The translations under genes and the position numbers were made by a program. A stretch of DNA of 64,000 nt from Escherichia coli. Its GTDB lineage: Bacteria > Pseudomonadota > Gammaproteobacteria > Enterobacterales > Enterobacteriaceae. Below the pieces are notes generated by a model that was not told the DNA's origin, made no database searches, and was given only the letters and a program-made list of their open reading frames with translations. Position 1 is the first letter of the stretch. Every line of letters starts with the position of its first letter. The stretch lies in assembly GCA_002099625.1 (NCBI GenBank), contig GCA_002099625.1_4857.1, one strand, 5' to 3'. Below, one piece after another: positions 9,137-17,654 of the stretch.

Positions 9137-9504
9137 GGTTTGCTCCTACGGGCTTTAGATAATTCTTTCATTGCGTGGCGTAAATGGCGACTAAATTCAA
9201 GACGGCTATACGAGAATGTCACCGGATAGTCCAGAATCACCGACAGTGATACCGTTCTGGCATCCACATCGACCAACAGACTGTTCGTACAGCAACCTGC
9301 AAACATCCCACCACCAACCAACGGCCTCTTAAGCCTAATAGTTAGCGTGCCAAGCCATTCCCTGTCGCCGAGCAGCAACAAGGCCTCTGCCAGGTCTTCT
9401 TCAACTATCGCTAGACAGTATTCGTCATCTCGTACACGGAGGCGAATCTGCGGTTCTACGTTTGCGGTTTCTGGCATCATCTCAAATTTAAATTTATCGG
9501 TCAT
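9133..9504 (-). CDS. hypothetical protein
   Basis: 123-aa ORF; 4-nt start-stop overlap with the DHFR gene. Confidence 0.55.
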   Translation of the reverse strand: MTDKFKFEMMPETANVEPQIRLRVRDDEYCLAIVEEDLAEALLLLGDREWLGTLTIRLKRPLVGGGMFAGCCTNSLLVDVDARTVSLSVILDYPVTFSYSRLEFSRHLRHAMKELSKARRSKP

Positions 9505-9551
9505 CTCACAATCCCAAAAAAGAAGGTGGCTTGTTAGGCCACCTTATTAAA

Positions 9552-10097
9552 TCATTGAACCATACGCTGCGCGTCGTAAGACGGTGCGAGGTTCACAACA
9601 CGACCATGTAGAGTTTGCTCTGCTTCGTCTAACAGGTCATCGCGTACGAGCGTCTGGCGAATGTAAAGCGTTGCCCGTATCCCCTCAGCGCTGTAAGGCG
9701 CGGTGACCATTTTGGTCTGGTAACCTTCAATCGTCACCGGAACACGCTCGCCATTACGACGAACAAAATGCTCCAGCTTACCGTAATCGTGACTGCAGAC
9801 TTTAGACATGTCAGACAATCCCGCATCGATTAAGTATTTCCAAAGACTGACGATGCCTTCTGAGCAATGTTTGTTAAGTTCACCTTCGACGACAAACTCG
9901 TACCCACCGTACGTTAGAATGTGCGTGCCTGCTGAACGACGGTCACATTCTAAAATGAACACGCCCAGACCAATCATAACCGGACGTGGGATTGTCATGA
10001 CACTGGTACTAAATTGCAGCGTAGTAACCTCATCCCAAAGGGGCGATGATTTGTCGTTGCTTACACTAATAACATCTTTGAGATTGACACGTTTCAT
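9552..10097 (-). CDS. hypothetical protein
   Basis: 181-aa ORF. Confidence 0.6.
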   Translation of the reverse strand: MKRVNLKDVISVSNDKSSPLWDEVTTLQFSTSVMTIPRPVMIGLGVFILECDRRSAGTHILTYGGYEFVVEGELNKHCSEGIVSLWKYLIDAGLSDMSKVCSHDYGKLEHFVRRNGERVPVTIEGYQTKMVTAPYSAEGIRATLYIRQTLVRDDLLDEAEQTLHGRVVNLAPSYDAQRMVQ

Positions 10098-10155
10098 TAT
10101 AAATACTCCTTACGATTAATGGTCGATTACATACGGTTTCAGGCTAACGTAATAT

Positions 10156-10917
10156 TTACGCTGCTGGTTCTTCAGCGGTTTTCACTTCAACTGGTTTCAT
10201 CAACGAGTTCGCACAGTCGAAGATAGCATCCAGGAAACCACGGAACGGCTTCATGGCTTCACGCTGGGCGTTCTGACGTTCTTCTTCAATTGCTTCTTCT
10301 TGCGCCTGAATTTCTTCAGCAGTCAGCTCTGGGTGTTCCGTCATGCTTTCTGCCAGGGTCATCACTTTCGGCTGCGCATTCAGAATCGGAATACGGCGGA
10401 TGACCTTGGTGATATTCCCGAGCTTCATGCCACCCAGCATGGTATCGAACAGCGTACCGAAATCTTGCAGTGGGTCTTCGCTGATTTCCAGTACCGCCGG
10501 AGTCGCAACCAGACCAAAGGCAATGACCAATTCAACGGCAGTGTCAGTGACGTGCGCAGCGAACGGGGTGTCTTCCATCTGCAGGTAATTGTTGCCATTA
10601 TAGGTCACCGGAATGAATTTGATTTCTTCCCCTTTCTTCAGTCGCAGTGTATCGACTGCGGCTTTGTACTGAACTTCGTACAGTTCCGGTTTAACACCGT
10701 CAACGTTATCCAGTGTAAAGAGCAGGTCACCAACCGCCATACGGCGCGGCAGTTTGCGTTTGTTGATTTCGCGCAGCCAGACTTGTAAGCCGGTGAATTG
10801 AATTGGGGACAGTCTAATTTTAAAGCCGTTGGTTGCTTGCAGGATAGCACCGTCGTCTTCGCTACGTTCGATAGAGCCATTAGCCAGAGTAAGCAGATTG
10901 ATAGTTTTCATTTTCAT
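10156..10917 (-). CDS. hypothetical protein, first gene downstream of a conserved promoter-like element
   Basis: 253-aa ORF; acidic C-terminal region; promoter-like element ~45 nt upstream. Confidence 0.65.
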   Translation of the reverse strand: MKMKTINLLTLANGSIERSEDDGAILQATNGFKIRLSPIQFTGLQVWLREINKRKLPRRMAVGDLLFTLDNVDGVKPELYEVQYKAAVDTLRLKKGEEIKFIPVTYNGNNYLQMEDTPFAAHVTDTAVELVIAFGLVATPAVLEISEDPLQDFGTLFDTMLGGMKLGNITKVIRRIPILNAQPKVMTLAESMTEHPELTAEEIQAQEEAIEEERQNAQREAMKPFRGFLDAIFDCANSLMKPVEVKTAEEPAA

Positions 10918-10962
10918 ATTCCTTAAGTAATGGTCAGTTAGTAAAGCAAATCATTGTTTGCT

Positions 10963-10992
10963 CACCTAGGTAATATATATCTGAAAATTATT
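10963..10992 (-). promoter_or_regulatory. conserved promoter-like element (long form), copy 2
   Basis: plus-strand CACCTAGGTAATATATATCTGAAAATTATT; ~45 nt upstream of the minus-strand start at 10917. Confidence 0.5.
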
Positions 10993-11001
10993 GTAATCGG
11001 A

Positions 11002-11045
11002 GACAAAAAAAGAAGAGGTAAATCCCCCACCGAAGTGGGGGATTC
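11002..11045 (-). terminator. intrinsic terminator after gene 11056-12315
   Basis: hairpin AATCCCCCAC-CGAA-GTGGGGGATT preceded on plus by an A-tract. Confidence 0.6.
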
Positions 11046-11055
11046 GCCAGTCTAA

Positions 11056-12315
11056 TTACTTAGACTTTTCATACGCACCGATACCAGCGCTGATGTAGCC
11101 GTTAACGCCGGCGATCAGGTTTTTCTGGCCAGTTGCAACGCAACGTTCGGTCCAGGAGATGTACTGGTTCGCAACGGTGATTGCACGACGCGCAACACGG
11201 ACGTTGGAAGTCAGTTCAGCATTGTCATCGATCTTCACGCCGTCGATACGTTTCAGCAGCGCCTCAATAGCCCGCTCGTACGATTCTTGAGCCTGGTTAT
11301 TTTTGTGGTACGCTTTCACGTTCTCTTCGACTGCTTTACCCAGCTGGTTGAAGAACGCAACCAGAGAAGACAGCGTCTGAGCAGACGGAGTAGAAACAGA
11401 TTTTTCTACGCTGCCTTCAGCATCGATAACGGTGAAGGAAGCTTCCAGGTCATCCCCGTTCACTTTCACGTCAGCTTTACCGATCTGGTTACCCAGCAGT
11501 TGAACTTCGCCCGCTTTGCCTGCAGTGGCTTTGTTAACCGCTGCTGCGAAGCCGCTGTTCAGTTTGCCGCCTTCAACTGCGCTGACCATGCTGGTTGCAG
11601 CTTTGACCACTGCATCCTGCTCGCCGTAGATGCTGCCGATAGTAGACAGAACACCTTTCAGTGCATTGATGTCGTCACCAACAAACTTACCACCGGTGGT
11701 CAGGTTCTTAATGAACCCACCGCTAATGGTGTCTTTCTTCTGCTTGCCCAGGCCACGCAGAGCCGCGTCATATTTCTTAGCGCGCGCCTGAATGGATTTA
11801 CCCTGGTTGCTGAACTTGAGCCAGCGATCTTTGATTTTACGGCCTTGTTCTTTCAGCCAGTCGAAGATACGCTGCAGGAACGCTTTGATGTCGTCCCACA
11901 GTGATTCGCGAGCAACCTGACGGCGTTTACGTGCGCCGTAAGATTCCTGCGCAACGCTTACGCGGTGATCAAATGCCCAACGTTTACGGATAGATTCCTG
12001 CGCAACGTCCAGCTGCTCAGCAGCTTCGTCAGGCATATCTTCTTCCACTTCCATTGGCTCTTCGCCATCTTCGCCTTCACCGTCAGCGGCGGCTTCAGCA
12101 GCATCAACTGCATCCAGCTGTGCATCAGTTTCGTCACCGTCTTCTGCCAGCACGTCTGCTTCTGCGTCCAGCTGGTCGATCGGTTTGGTGTCATGCTCGA
12201 TGTCAGCCAGAGTACCTTCCACGGACTCAGCCGGCAGCTCGATACCATCTGGAACGACAGTGCCTGCGCCTTCGACAGATTCACGAGCGAGTTTACTTTT
12301 TACAAAGTTTGCCAT
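11056..12315 (-). CDS. acidic protein, tandem paralog 1 (possible virion or inner-body type protein)
   Basis: 419 aa; N-terminus MANFVKSKLARESVE and C-terminus G.NGYI.AGIGAYEKSK shared with the 12393-13670 product; internal AQESIRKRWA shared; long D/E-rich N-terminal region. Confidence 0.7.
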   Translation of the reverse strand: MANFVKSKLARESVEGAGTVVPDGIELPAESVEGTLADIEHDTKPIDQLDAEADVLAEDGDETDAQLDAVDAAEAAADGEGEDGEEPMEVEEDMPDEAAEQLDVAQESIRKRWAFDHRVSVAQESYGARKRRQVARESLWDDIKAFLQRIFDWLKEQGRKIKDRWLKFSNQGKSIQARAKKYDAALRGLGKQKKDTISGGFIKNLTTGGKFVGDDINALKGVLSTIGSIYGEQDAVVKAATSMVSAVEGGKLNSGFAAAVNKATAGKAGEVQLLGNQIGKADVKVNGDDLEASFTVIDAEGSVEKSVSTPSAQTLSSLVAFFNQLGKAVEENVKAYHKNNQAQESYERAIEALLKRIDGVKIDDNAELTSNVRVARRAITVANQYISWTERCVATGQKNLIAGVNGYISAGIGAYEKSK

Positions 12316-12392
12316 CTTTTTCTATCCTCTAGGCGGTACGCCGTGTACCGCCATTAATGATTTGTCAACTGACGTTCAGTACGTAAAGCGGA

Positions 12393-13670
12393 TTAAGCTT
12401 TAGACTTTTCGTACGCGCCAATACCAGCACCGATGTAGCCGTTCAGGCCGCTGATAACAGTGTTACCAACGTGAGCCACAGCACGGTTCAGAGTCTGGTA
12501 GTTACGCACAGCCTGGTCAGCCGCAGTGCGTGCATTACGCAGCGCTTCCCACTCGCCTTCGTCGTTGGATTTTTTCAGAGCGGCAGCAGCTTTGGCAGCA
12601 GCCTCTTCCAGTTTCTCAACGTCAGCGTCGTAGCTGCGGAAGTCTTGCAGGACTTTCTCGAAGCCTTTACCGATAACGTCCAGGGCAGACGCAGCAGATG
12701 CCAGTGCAGAAATAGCCGGAGTAGCGATTTCTTTCGTTTCAGAAACGTCACCCGTCGACAGGAAGGCCACTGCGGTGAATTCCTGACCGCCTGCCAGAGT
12801 TTTGCTGCCGGTCTGTACATAGGCGTTGCCTGGCAGTGCCAGAACTTTCTGACCGCCTTCGCCGTCTTCGAATTGCGGCAGTGCGCGCAGTTTCTTCGCA
12901 GCGGTACCAAACAGGGCAACGTCAACAGCGCCTTTAGCAGCGGTTGCGGTACCGTCTGAAGTTTTGGTGATCGCTACAGCAGAGTCAGCCGCCTGAGAGG
13001 ACAGCTTGTTGATGGCATCTTTCGCTTTACCGCCGGTCAGCTCTTTCGCGATAGCGATAGAGTTGGCCACATCGAATTCACCTTCGATAGACAGTTTGCT
13101 AATAAAGCCACCAGAAATGTTTTCTTTCTTCTGTTTGCCGAGCTTACGCAGCATCTCCTGGTAAGCTTTCGCACGTTTCTGCGCGGACTTACCAACGTTG
13201 ATGTACTTCAGTTTCAGCTCTTTCGCTTTCGCGATAACTGCTTTACACAGTTCAACGAAGCGTTCGAACAGATCTTTCAGGGTTTCTTTCCAGCCTTCCT
13301 GAGCTGCTTTGGTCATGCCACGGCCGCGACGATAAGATTCGCGTGCCAGTTTGGTACGATCGATAGCCCAACGCTTACGGATAGATTCCTGCGCCACTTC
13401 GGTGTGAGCGATGGCTTCTTCAGGCATCTCTTCACCGTTTTCGATTTTTTCGTCAGCAGCGTCGATAGCAGCTTCGGTACGCTCGGTATCAGCAGCCAGG
13501 GTTTCCTGGTCACCATCGAGCTGTTCCAGCTGACCGTCGATAGACGCAACTTCTGCCAGCTGAACGTCGATGTTCTCTTCTGCCGGTTCAACGTTGCTCA
13601 GACCGTCGATTACGTCGCCGGTAGCTTCAACGGACTCGCGGGCGAGTTTACTTTTTACAAAGTTTGCCAT
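12393..13670 (-). CDS. acidic protein, tandem paralog 2
   Basis: 425 aa; same conserved N-terminal 15-mer and C-terminal GIGAYEKSK as the 11056-12315 product. Confidence 0.7.
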   Translation of the reverse strand: MANFVKSKLARESVEATGDVIDGLSNVEPAEENIDVQLAEVASIDGQLEQLDGDQETLAADTERTEAAIDAADEKIENGEEMPEEAIAHTEVAQESIRKRWAIDRTKLARESYRRGRGMTKAAQEGWKETLKDLFERFVELCKAVIAKAKELKLKYINVGKSAQKRAKAYQEMLRKLGKQKKENISGGFISKLSIEGEFDVANSIAIAKELTGGKAKDAINKLSSQAADSAVAITKTSDGTATAAKGAVDVALFGTAAKKLRALPQFEDGEGGQKVLALPGNAYVQTGSKTLAGGQEFTAVAFLSTGDVSETKEIATPAISALASAASALDVIGKGFEKVLQDFRSYDADVEKLEEAAAKAAAALKKSNDEGEWEALRNARTAADQAVRNYQTLNRAVAHVGNTVISGLNGYIGAGIGAYEKSKA

Positions 13671-13726
13671 TTGTTTCGGTTCCTTTGGTTATAACCCAAT
13701 TACACGCCCCTAGATAAGGGGCCCCC

Positions 13727-14284
13727 TTAGGGACGTGCGATTTTTAAAAACACTGCTAACGACGAGATCATATCGGATAACCCGTTCGGACGTGTCAACC
13801 AACGTGCCAGCAGTTCGTGGTCTGCATAAGATAATAGACGCCGGTCAGGCGTGTACGTCTGATGCGCAGTTCCCATACGGCGAACTTGCCCACTACGACC
13901 GTAAGCCGCAGCAAGAAGTCGTGAGCCCAGAGAACCAGTTCGCTCTACTTGCTTAGTAGAGTGGATATCGTTCATGTACGATACCAGAAGAACGGACCAC
14001 TGTCCTGTTGACACTGTACGGCGTTTACCGTCAAGTATGAACGATGCAGTTTCGTTATAGAACGTATTAAACGTAAAACCGACCTGCGGATATTCGTCAT
14101 ATAATACTTGTTGGACAGAGTCAGCGCCCATCATGCGGAAATACGGCAACACAACGGCTGCAGCTTCCAGGGTTTCATGTATCAGTTCGTCGTCATGAAC
14201 CAGCACGGGGTTTTGGGTCAGTTTCGCCATGTAGTTTTTAATCAACTTCTCGGCGAGGTTAAAATTCTGGTCATTGTCAAACAT
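13727..14284 (-). CDS. hypothetical protein
   Basis: 185-aa ORF. Confidence 0.6.
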   Translation of the reverse strand: MFDNDQNFNLAEKLIKNYMAKLTQNPVLVHDDELIHETLEAAAVVLPYFRMMGADSVQQVLYDEYPQVGFTFNTFYNETASFILDGKRRTVSTGQWSVLLVSYMNDIHSTKQVERTGSLGSRLLAAAYGRSGQVRRMGTAHQTYTPDRRLLSYADHELLARWLTRPNGLSDMISSLAVFLKIARP

Positions 14285-14307
14285 GAGACTCTCCTGATAA
14301 TACGGTC

Positions 14308-15240
14308 TTAGACCAGACCGTATTTTTTCTCCAGACGTTCACGTTTGTACTTGAGTTCCATCAAACGCTTTTCGTGCGCTTCGATGAGTTTCTCAATGTG
14401 CACGTCCCCTTCACCGGCAGCCAGTTGTTTCTTGTACAACAGAATACGCAGCTCAGTCGCTTTCGCGGCTTCCACGCACTCGTCGTAACGATCCATTTGC
14501 CATTCTGCAATGTTCAGACGCACGCGGTAAATAATCGACAGCGGGAACGGAACGGAGGACATACCCAGTGGGTCAGTGGTGTTCGAACCGAACTGCTGAA
14601 CCAATTGGCTATATGTCTCTTCGTCAAACACCGCTTCAGGTATCTCAGCGTAGTCTGCTTTCAGTTTGGTAATGGGGGTTGCCAGGACGCGCACCGCAAT
14701 ACAGAAAGACGTCTTACGAGTTTGCAGATACTGAAGGTCTTTCGGACCGATTCCCTTCACTGCAATGTTCGAGTCTTGTACAGCGGCAATCTCTTCGGCC
14801 GTGATGTAGTTAATCAGGGTGCTAGCGTAACCGACGAAGAATTCGATCATATCCAGCAACTGCAACACGGTTTGTTTGTTGAACGTTAGAGATGATGTCA
14901 CTAACGTCTTCCCGATGTCGCGGTCGATACACTGCTCCAGGAAAGGTCGCAGCGCCTGTACGTTCTGCATAGACGCGATGACGTACTCCAGCATACTTGC
15001 GTTACGTAACCCTTTAACTTCCAAACCGGAGCTATGCAGGTACTTAACGATTTCAGTAGAAAGGTCAGCAACAGGCTTCGCTTTAAATGGCTTACCCTGG
15101 ATACTTCCTACCAGTTCCTGGAGGTTCTGGAACTGTGGCTCTAACGCAGCAATCGAGTCGCAGTTAGATGACAGTTGGTTTTTTAAGTTCGTGGCTTCGA
15201 AGCTCGGCAGCAACATCGCCAACATATTCGGAATCGGCAT
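14308..15240 (-). CDS. hypothetical protein
   Basis: track ORF 14308-15285; probable start is the internal ATG (MPIPNM...) just after the stop of the upstream gene. Confidence 0.6.
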   Translation of the reverse strand: MPIPNMLAMLLPSFEATNLKNQLSSNCDSIAALEPQFQNLQELVGSIQGKPFKAKPVADLSTEIVKYLHSSGLEVKGLRNASMLEYVIASMQNVQALRPFLEQCIDRDIGKTLVTSSLTFNKQTVLQLLDMIEFFVGYASTLINYITAEEIAAVQDSNIAVKGIGPKDLQYLQTRKTSFCIAVRVLATPITKLKADYAEIPEAVFDEETYSQLVQQFGSNTTDPLGMSSVPFPLSIIYRVRLNIAEWQMDRYDECVEAAKATELRILLYKKQLAAGEGDVHIEKLIEAHEKRLMELKYKRERLEKKYGLV

Positions 15241-15250
15241 TCTTTTCCCC

Positions 15251-16369
15251 TTACAGTACCGGATTCGCGCCGACGCGATAGGCATCGATGATTTTGTTTA
15301 CATCGCCGCTACCGGACTTCGCCTTGCTAAAGTCTGATTTGTCGAGTTCTTGAGACCCGGTCTGACCACGCGTATAAATGGTTACACGGTTCCAGGTCTG
15401 GTCGACAACCACGTAGTAAACAGTCAGGGTGTCTTTGAACACACGCTGGCGGATATTGTAATCATCGAAGTCACCGCCCAGCTGAGCAGTCAGATCGTCG
15501 ATAGTTTCTTGAGAAACCACCATAACCGAAGACGCGTTGTTGATGGATGGGCTCAGCGTCAGCAGGCCAGACAGCCAGTTGGCGTTTTTCTTTTCCATCA
15601 TCTTACGGTAATAACCGGACTTATCACGGAAGCGGTTCTTACGGTATTCTTCAATGAGGTCATTACACAGCGCGATATCTTTCGCGTAGCTGAGAGAACC
15701 GACCTTCGCACGCAGCACACGTTCCCAGAAGGTTTTGGTTTGATCGCTGAACGCAATGAGCGTTTTCATTTCGTCGGTCGGCAGAGACTTCACATCAAGA
15801 CGCAGACGCATCGGCAGCTCGACTTTATTACCGTCACGTTCGAAGGTAACAGAGAACACTTTACCGTTGGACAGACCTTCTTGATCATGCAGGAGCTTCA
15901 GCGTGTTGTTCGGCAGCACAGAACCTGCGGACGATTCAGTCGCTACTTTGTTATCGGATTTCTGGCGACGGGATTCACCGACCGCAAGCCCGATTTTATC
16001 GTATGACGGCAGCGCGTGACGGGAGGACTCGCCGATTGCGAAAGACGCTAAGCGAGAACCCGAACGTGCAGCCGCGTCGAGGGCATTACGACGGGTGCTA
16101 ACCTGGTCAAGCGTACCAAGGATATCAACCTCAGGAACACCTACCAGAATTGAGATGGCGGTAAGTTGGTTGCCCGCGAGCAGGATTTGGATTTTCTCCA
16201 GAATACCTGGCAGGTAATCTAAGCCCAACAGACTTTGTTCAACCAGCGTGGTGTGCTCGTTGTACAGCACAGAGTTGAATTCTTCCGTCGATTCCGCCCG
16301 CTGGCGAAGCAGCATGGGAAACTTAGAAAGAAAGGAGACGAGCGATGTCTCAAATGTTTTTTCTGCCAT
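15251..16369 (-). CDS. hypothetical protein
   Basis: 372-aa ORF; divergent from the plus-strand gene at 16392 with only ~22 nt between the starts. Confidence 0.65.
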   Translation of the reverse strand: MAEKTFETSLVSFLSKFPMLLRQRAESTEEFNSVLYNEHTTLVEQSLLGLDYLPGILEKIQILLAGNQLTAISILVGVPEVDILGTLDQVSTRRNALDAAARSGSRLASFAIGESSRHALPSYDKIGLAVGESRRQKSDNKVATESSAGSVLPNNTLKLLHDQEGLSNGKVFSVTFERDGNKVELPMRLRLDVKSLPTDEMKTLIAFSDQTKTFWERVLRAKVGSLSYAKDIALCNDLIEEYRKNRFRDKSGYYRKMMEKKNANWLSGLLTLSPSINNASSVMVVSQETIDDLTAQLGGDFDDYNIRQRVFKDTLTVYYVVVDQTWNRVTIYTRGQTGSQELDKSDFSKAKSGSGDVNKIIDAYRVGANPVL

Positions 16370-16391
16370 TTTTAACTAAACTCCGGAGTTA

Positions 16392-17654
16392 ATGATGAGT
16401 AACGAGACCGATAAGAACGATCCGGGGTATGACCCGAATACCGACTACGACAATTCGTATCAAAACCCGAATAATATCGATGCAGTACCATCGGTCGCCG
16501 ACTACTTTGACCGTCGACTGTCCGATGCGAAACCCACCACGGCGTACAACGTTAATGATGAGTTATCGGGTTGGAATGACCGTATCCGTCTTACGTTAGG
16601 TTTGGGTCTGGCTGCGCAGCGTGTGACCAACCCCTACATGGGGTTCAACCATATGATGGCGTCGAACCCGACGCCTGTTAACCGTGAGTACGGTGGCCTA
16701 ACCTTCATTACCCGCCCTGACTTCAACTTGTGCTTTGACAACATTGCCAACTCGCGCAAGATGTCGAACATGGCTTCTCAGCCGAAATCGTCACTCGACT
16801 ATTCCATTCTGGCAGCGTTAGACCCAGATTTTGAATTGGGGTTCTCTGATTCACCGATGGAAGATGGACGAAGAAAGAACCGTTTGGGCACGCCATTCAT
16901 GAAGGACATTATGTTTGACAATCTTCAGGCATTCATACCATTGCTGAGTACGCAGATGCTGAGCCTCTCGGGGATGCCTGACCAGTCTGTCGATAACTGG
17001 ATGTCTGAAGAAGGTTTAATGCGCGAACAGTGGGGTATGGTTGACTCCACACATGAAATCAATAACCAGTACAGCATGTCAATGTCGCTGAACAACCCAT
17101 ACGGCAACCCTATCATGCGAATGATGGGCGTGTGGCTGGAATATATGTCCGGCATTAAGATGGGTAAGTTCAAACCGAAGATGCGTAATTCCATCCAACG
17201 TCGCATTGACTACCAGTCGAGGATGTACGGGTTTAAATACGACGCGCTCGGAAACATCACTCGTTTCTGGACAGCGTGTGTTTGTTGGCCAATGAACGAT
17301 AACGCCGGTCAAATGGCGAATGTCGATAACACCAAGCCTCAATTAAATGACGACACCACAATTAACCTCAACTGGCAATGCATCGGGGCGCGCTTCGATG
17401 ACCCATTGTACATGGAGATGTTCAACTTGACGGTGTCTATGTTTAACCCGGATATGATGCCGCAACCAGGGAGCGTTGCAGCGGGCAACTTTATCCCGAT
17501 TGCTGAAGACCAGCTTGTGCCGATTGCACCACAGCTACTACCGCTGTTCAACTACTACGGCTATCCGCACATCGACTCCCTGCGTCGTAAACTGACCTGG
17601 TATGTTTATCAGGCAGATTACCAATTCATCCTTAAACGAGCGGGCTTACTGTAA
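16392..17654 (+). CDS. hypothetical protein
   Basis: 420-aa ORF with GGAG SD; its stop overlaps the start of the 986-aa gene. Confidence 0.65.
   Translation: MMSNETDKNDPGYDPNTDYDNSYQNPNNIDAVPSVADYFDRRLSDAKPTTAYNVNDELSGWNDRIRLTLGLGLAAQRVTNPYMGFNHMMASNPTPVNREYGGLTFITRPDFNLCFDNIANSRKMSNMASQPKSSLDYSILAALDPDFELGFSDSPMEDGRRKNRLGTPFMKDIMFDNLQAFIPLLSTQMLSLSGMPDQSVDNWMSEEGLMREQWGMVDSTHEINNQYSMSMSLNNPYGNPIMRMMGVWLEYMSGIKMGKFKPKMRNSIQRRIDYQSRMYGFKYDALGNITRFWTACVCWPMNDNAGQMANVDNTKPQLNDDTTINLNWQCIGARFDDPLYMEMFNLTVSMFNPDMMPQPGSVAAGNFIPIAEDQLVPIAPQLLPLFNYYGYPHIDSLRRKLTWYVYQADYQFILKRAGLL

Noticed and set aside
10300-10788. 162-aa plus-strand ORF and similar antisense ORFs (for example 11287-11904, 12471-12959, 15350-16006, 19583-20176, 26118-26624, 29789-30496)
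   Set aside because: All are embedded antisense within longer ORFs that have SDs, coupling overlaps and recognisable motifs; no independent start signals. Judged to be shadow ORFs.
13671-13726. Possible terminator or hairpin in the 56-nt gap between genes 13727-14284 and 12393-13670
   Set aside because: GC-rich partial palindromes (CCCCTAGATAAGGGG, CCCTTAGGG) are present but I could not define a clean stem with a U-tract; left unannotated.
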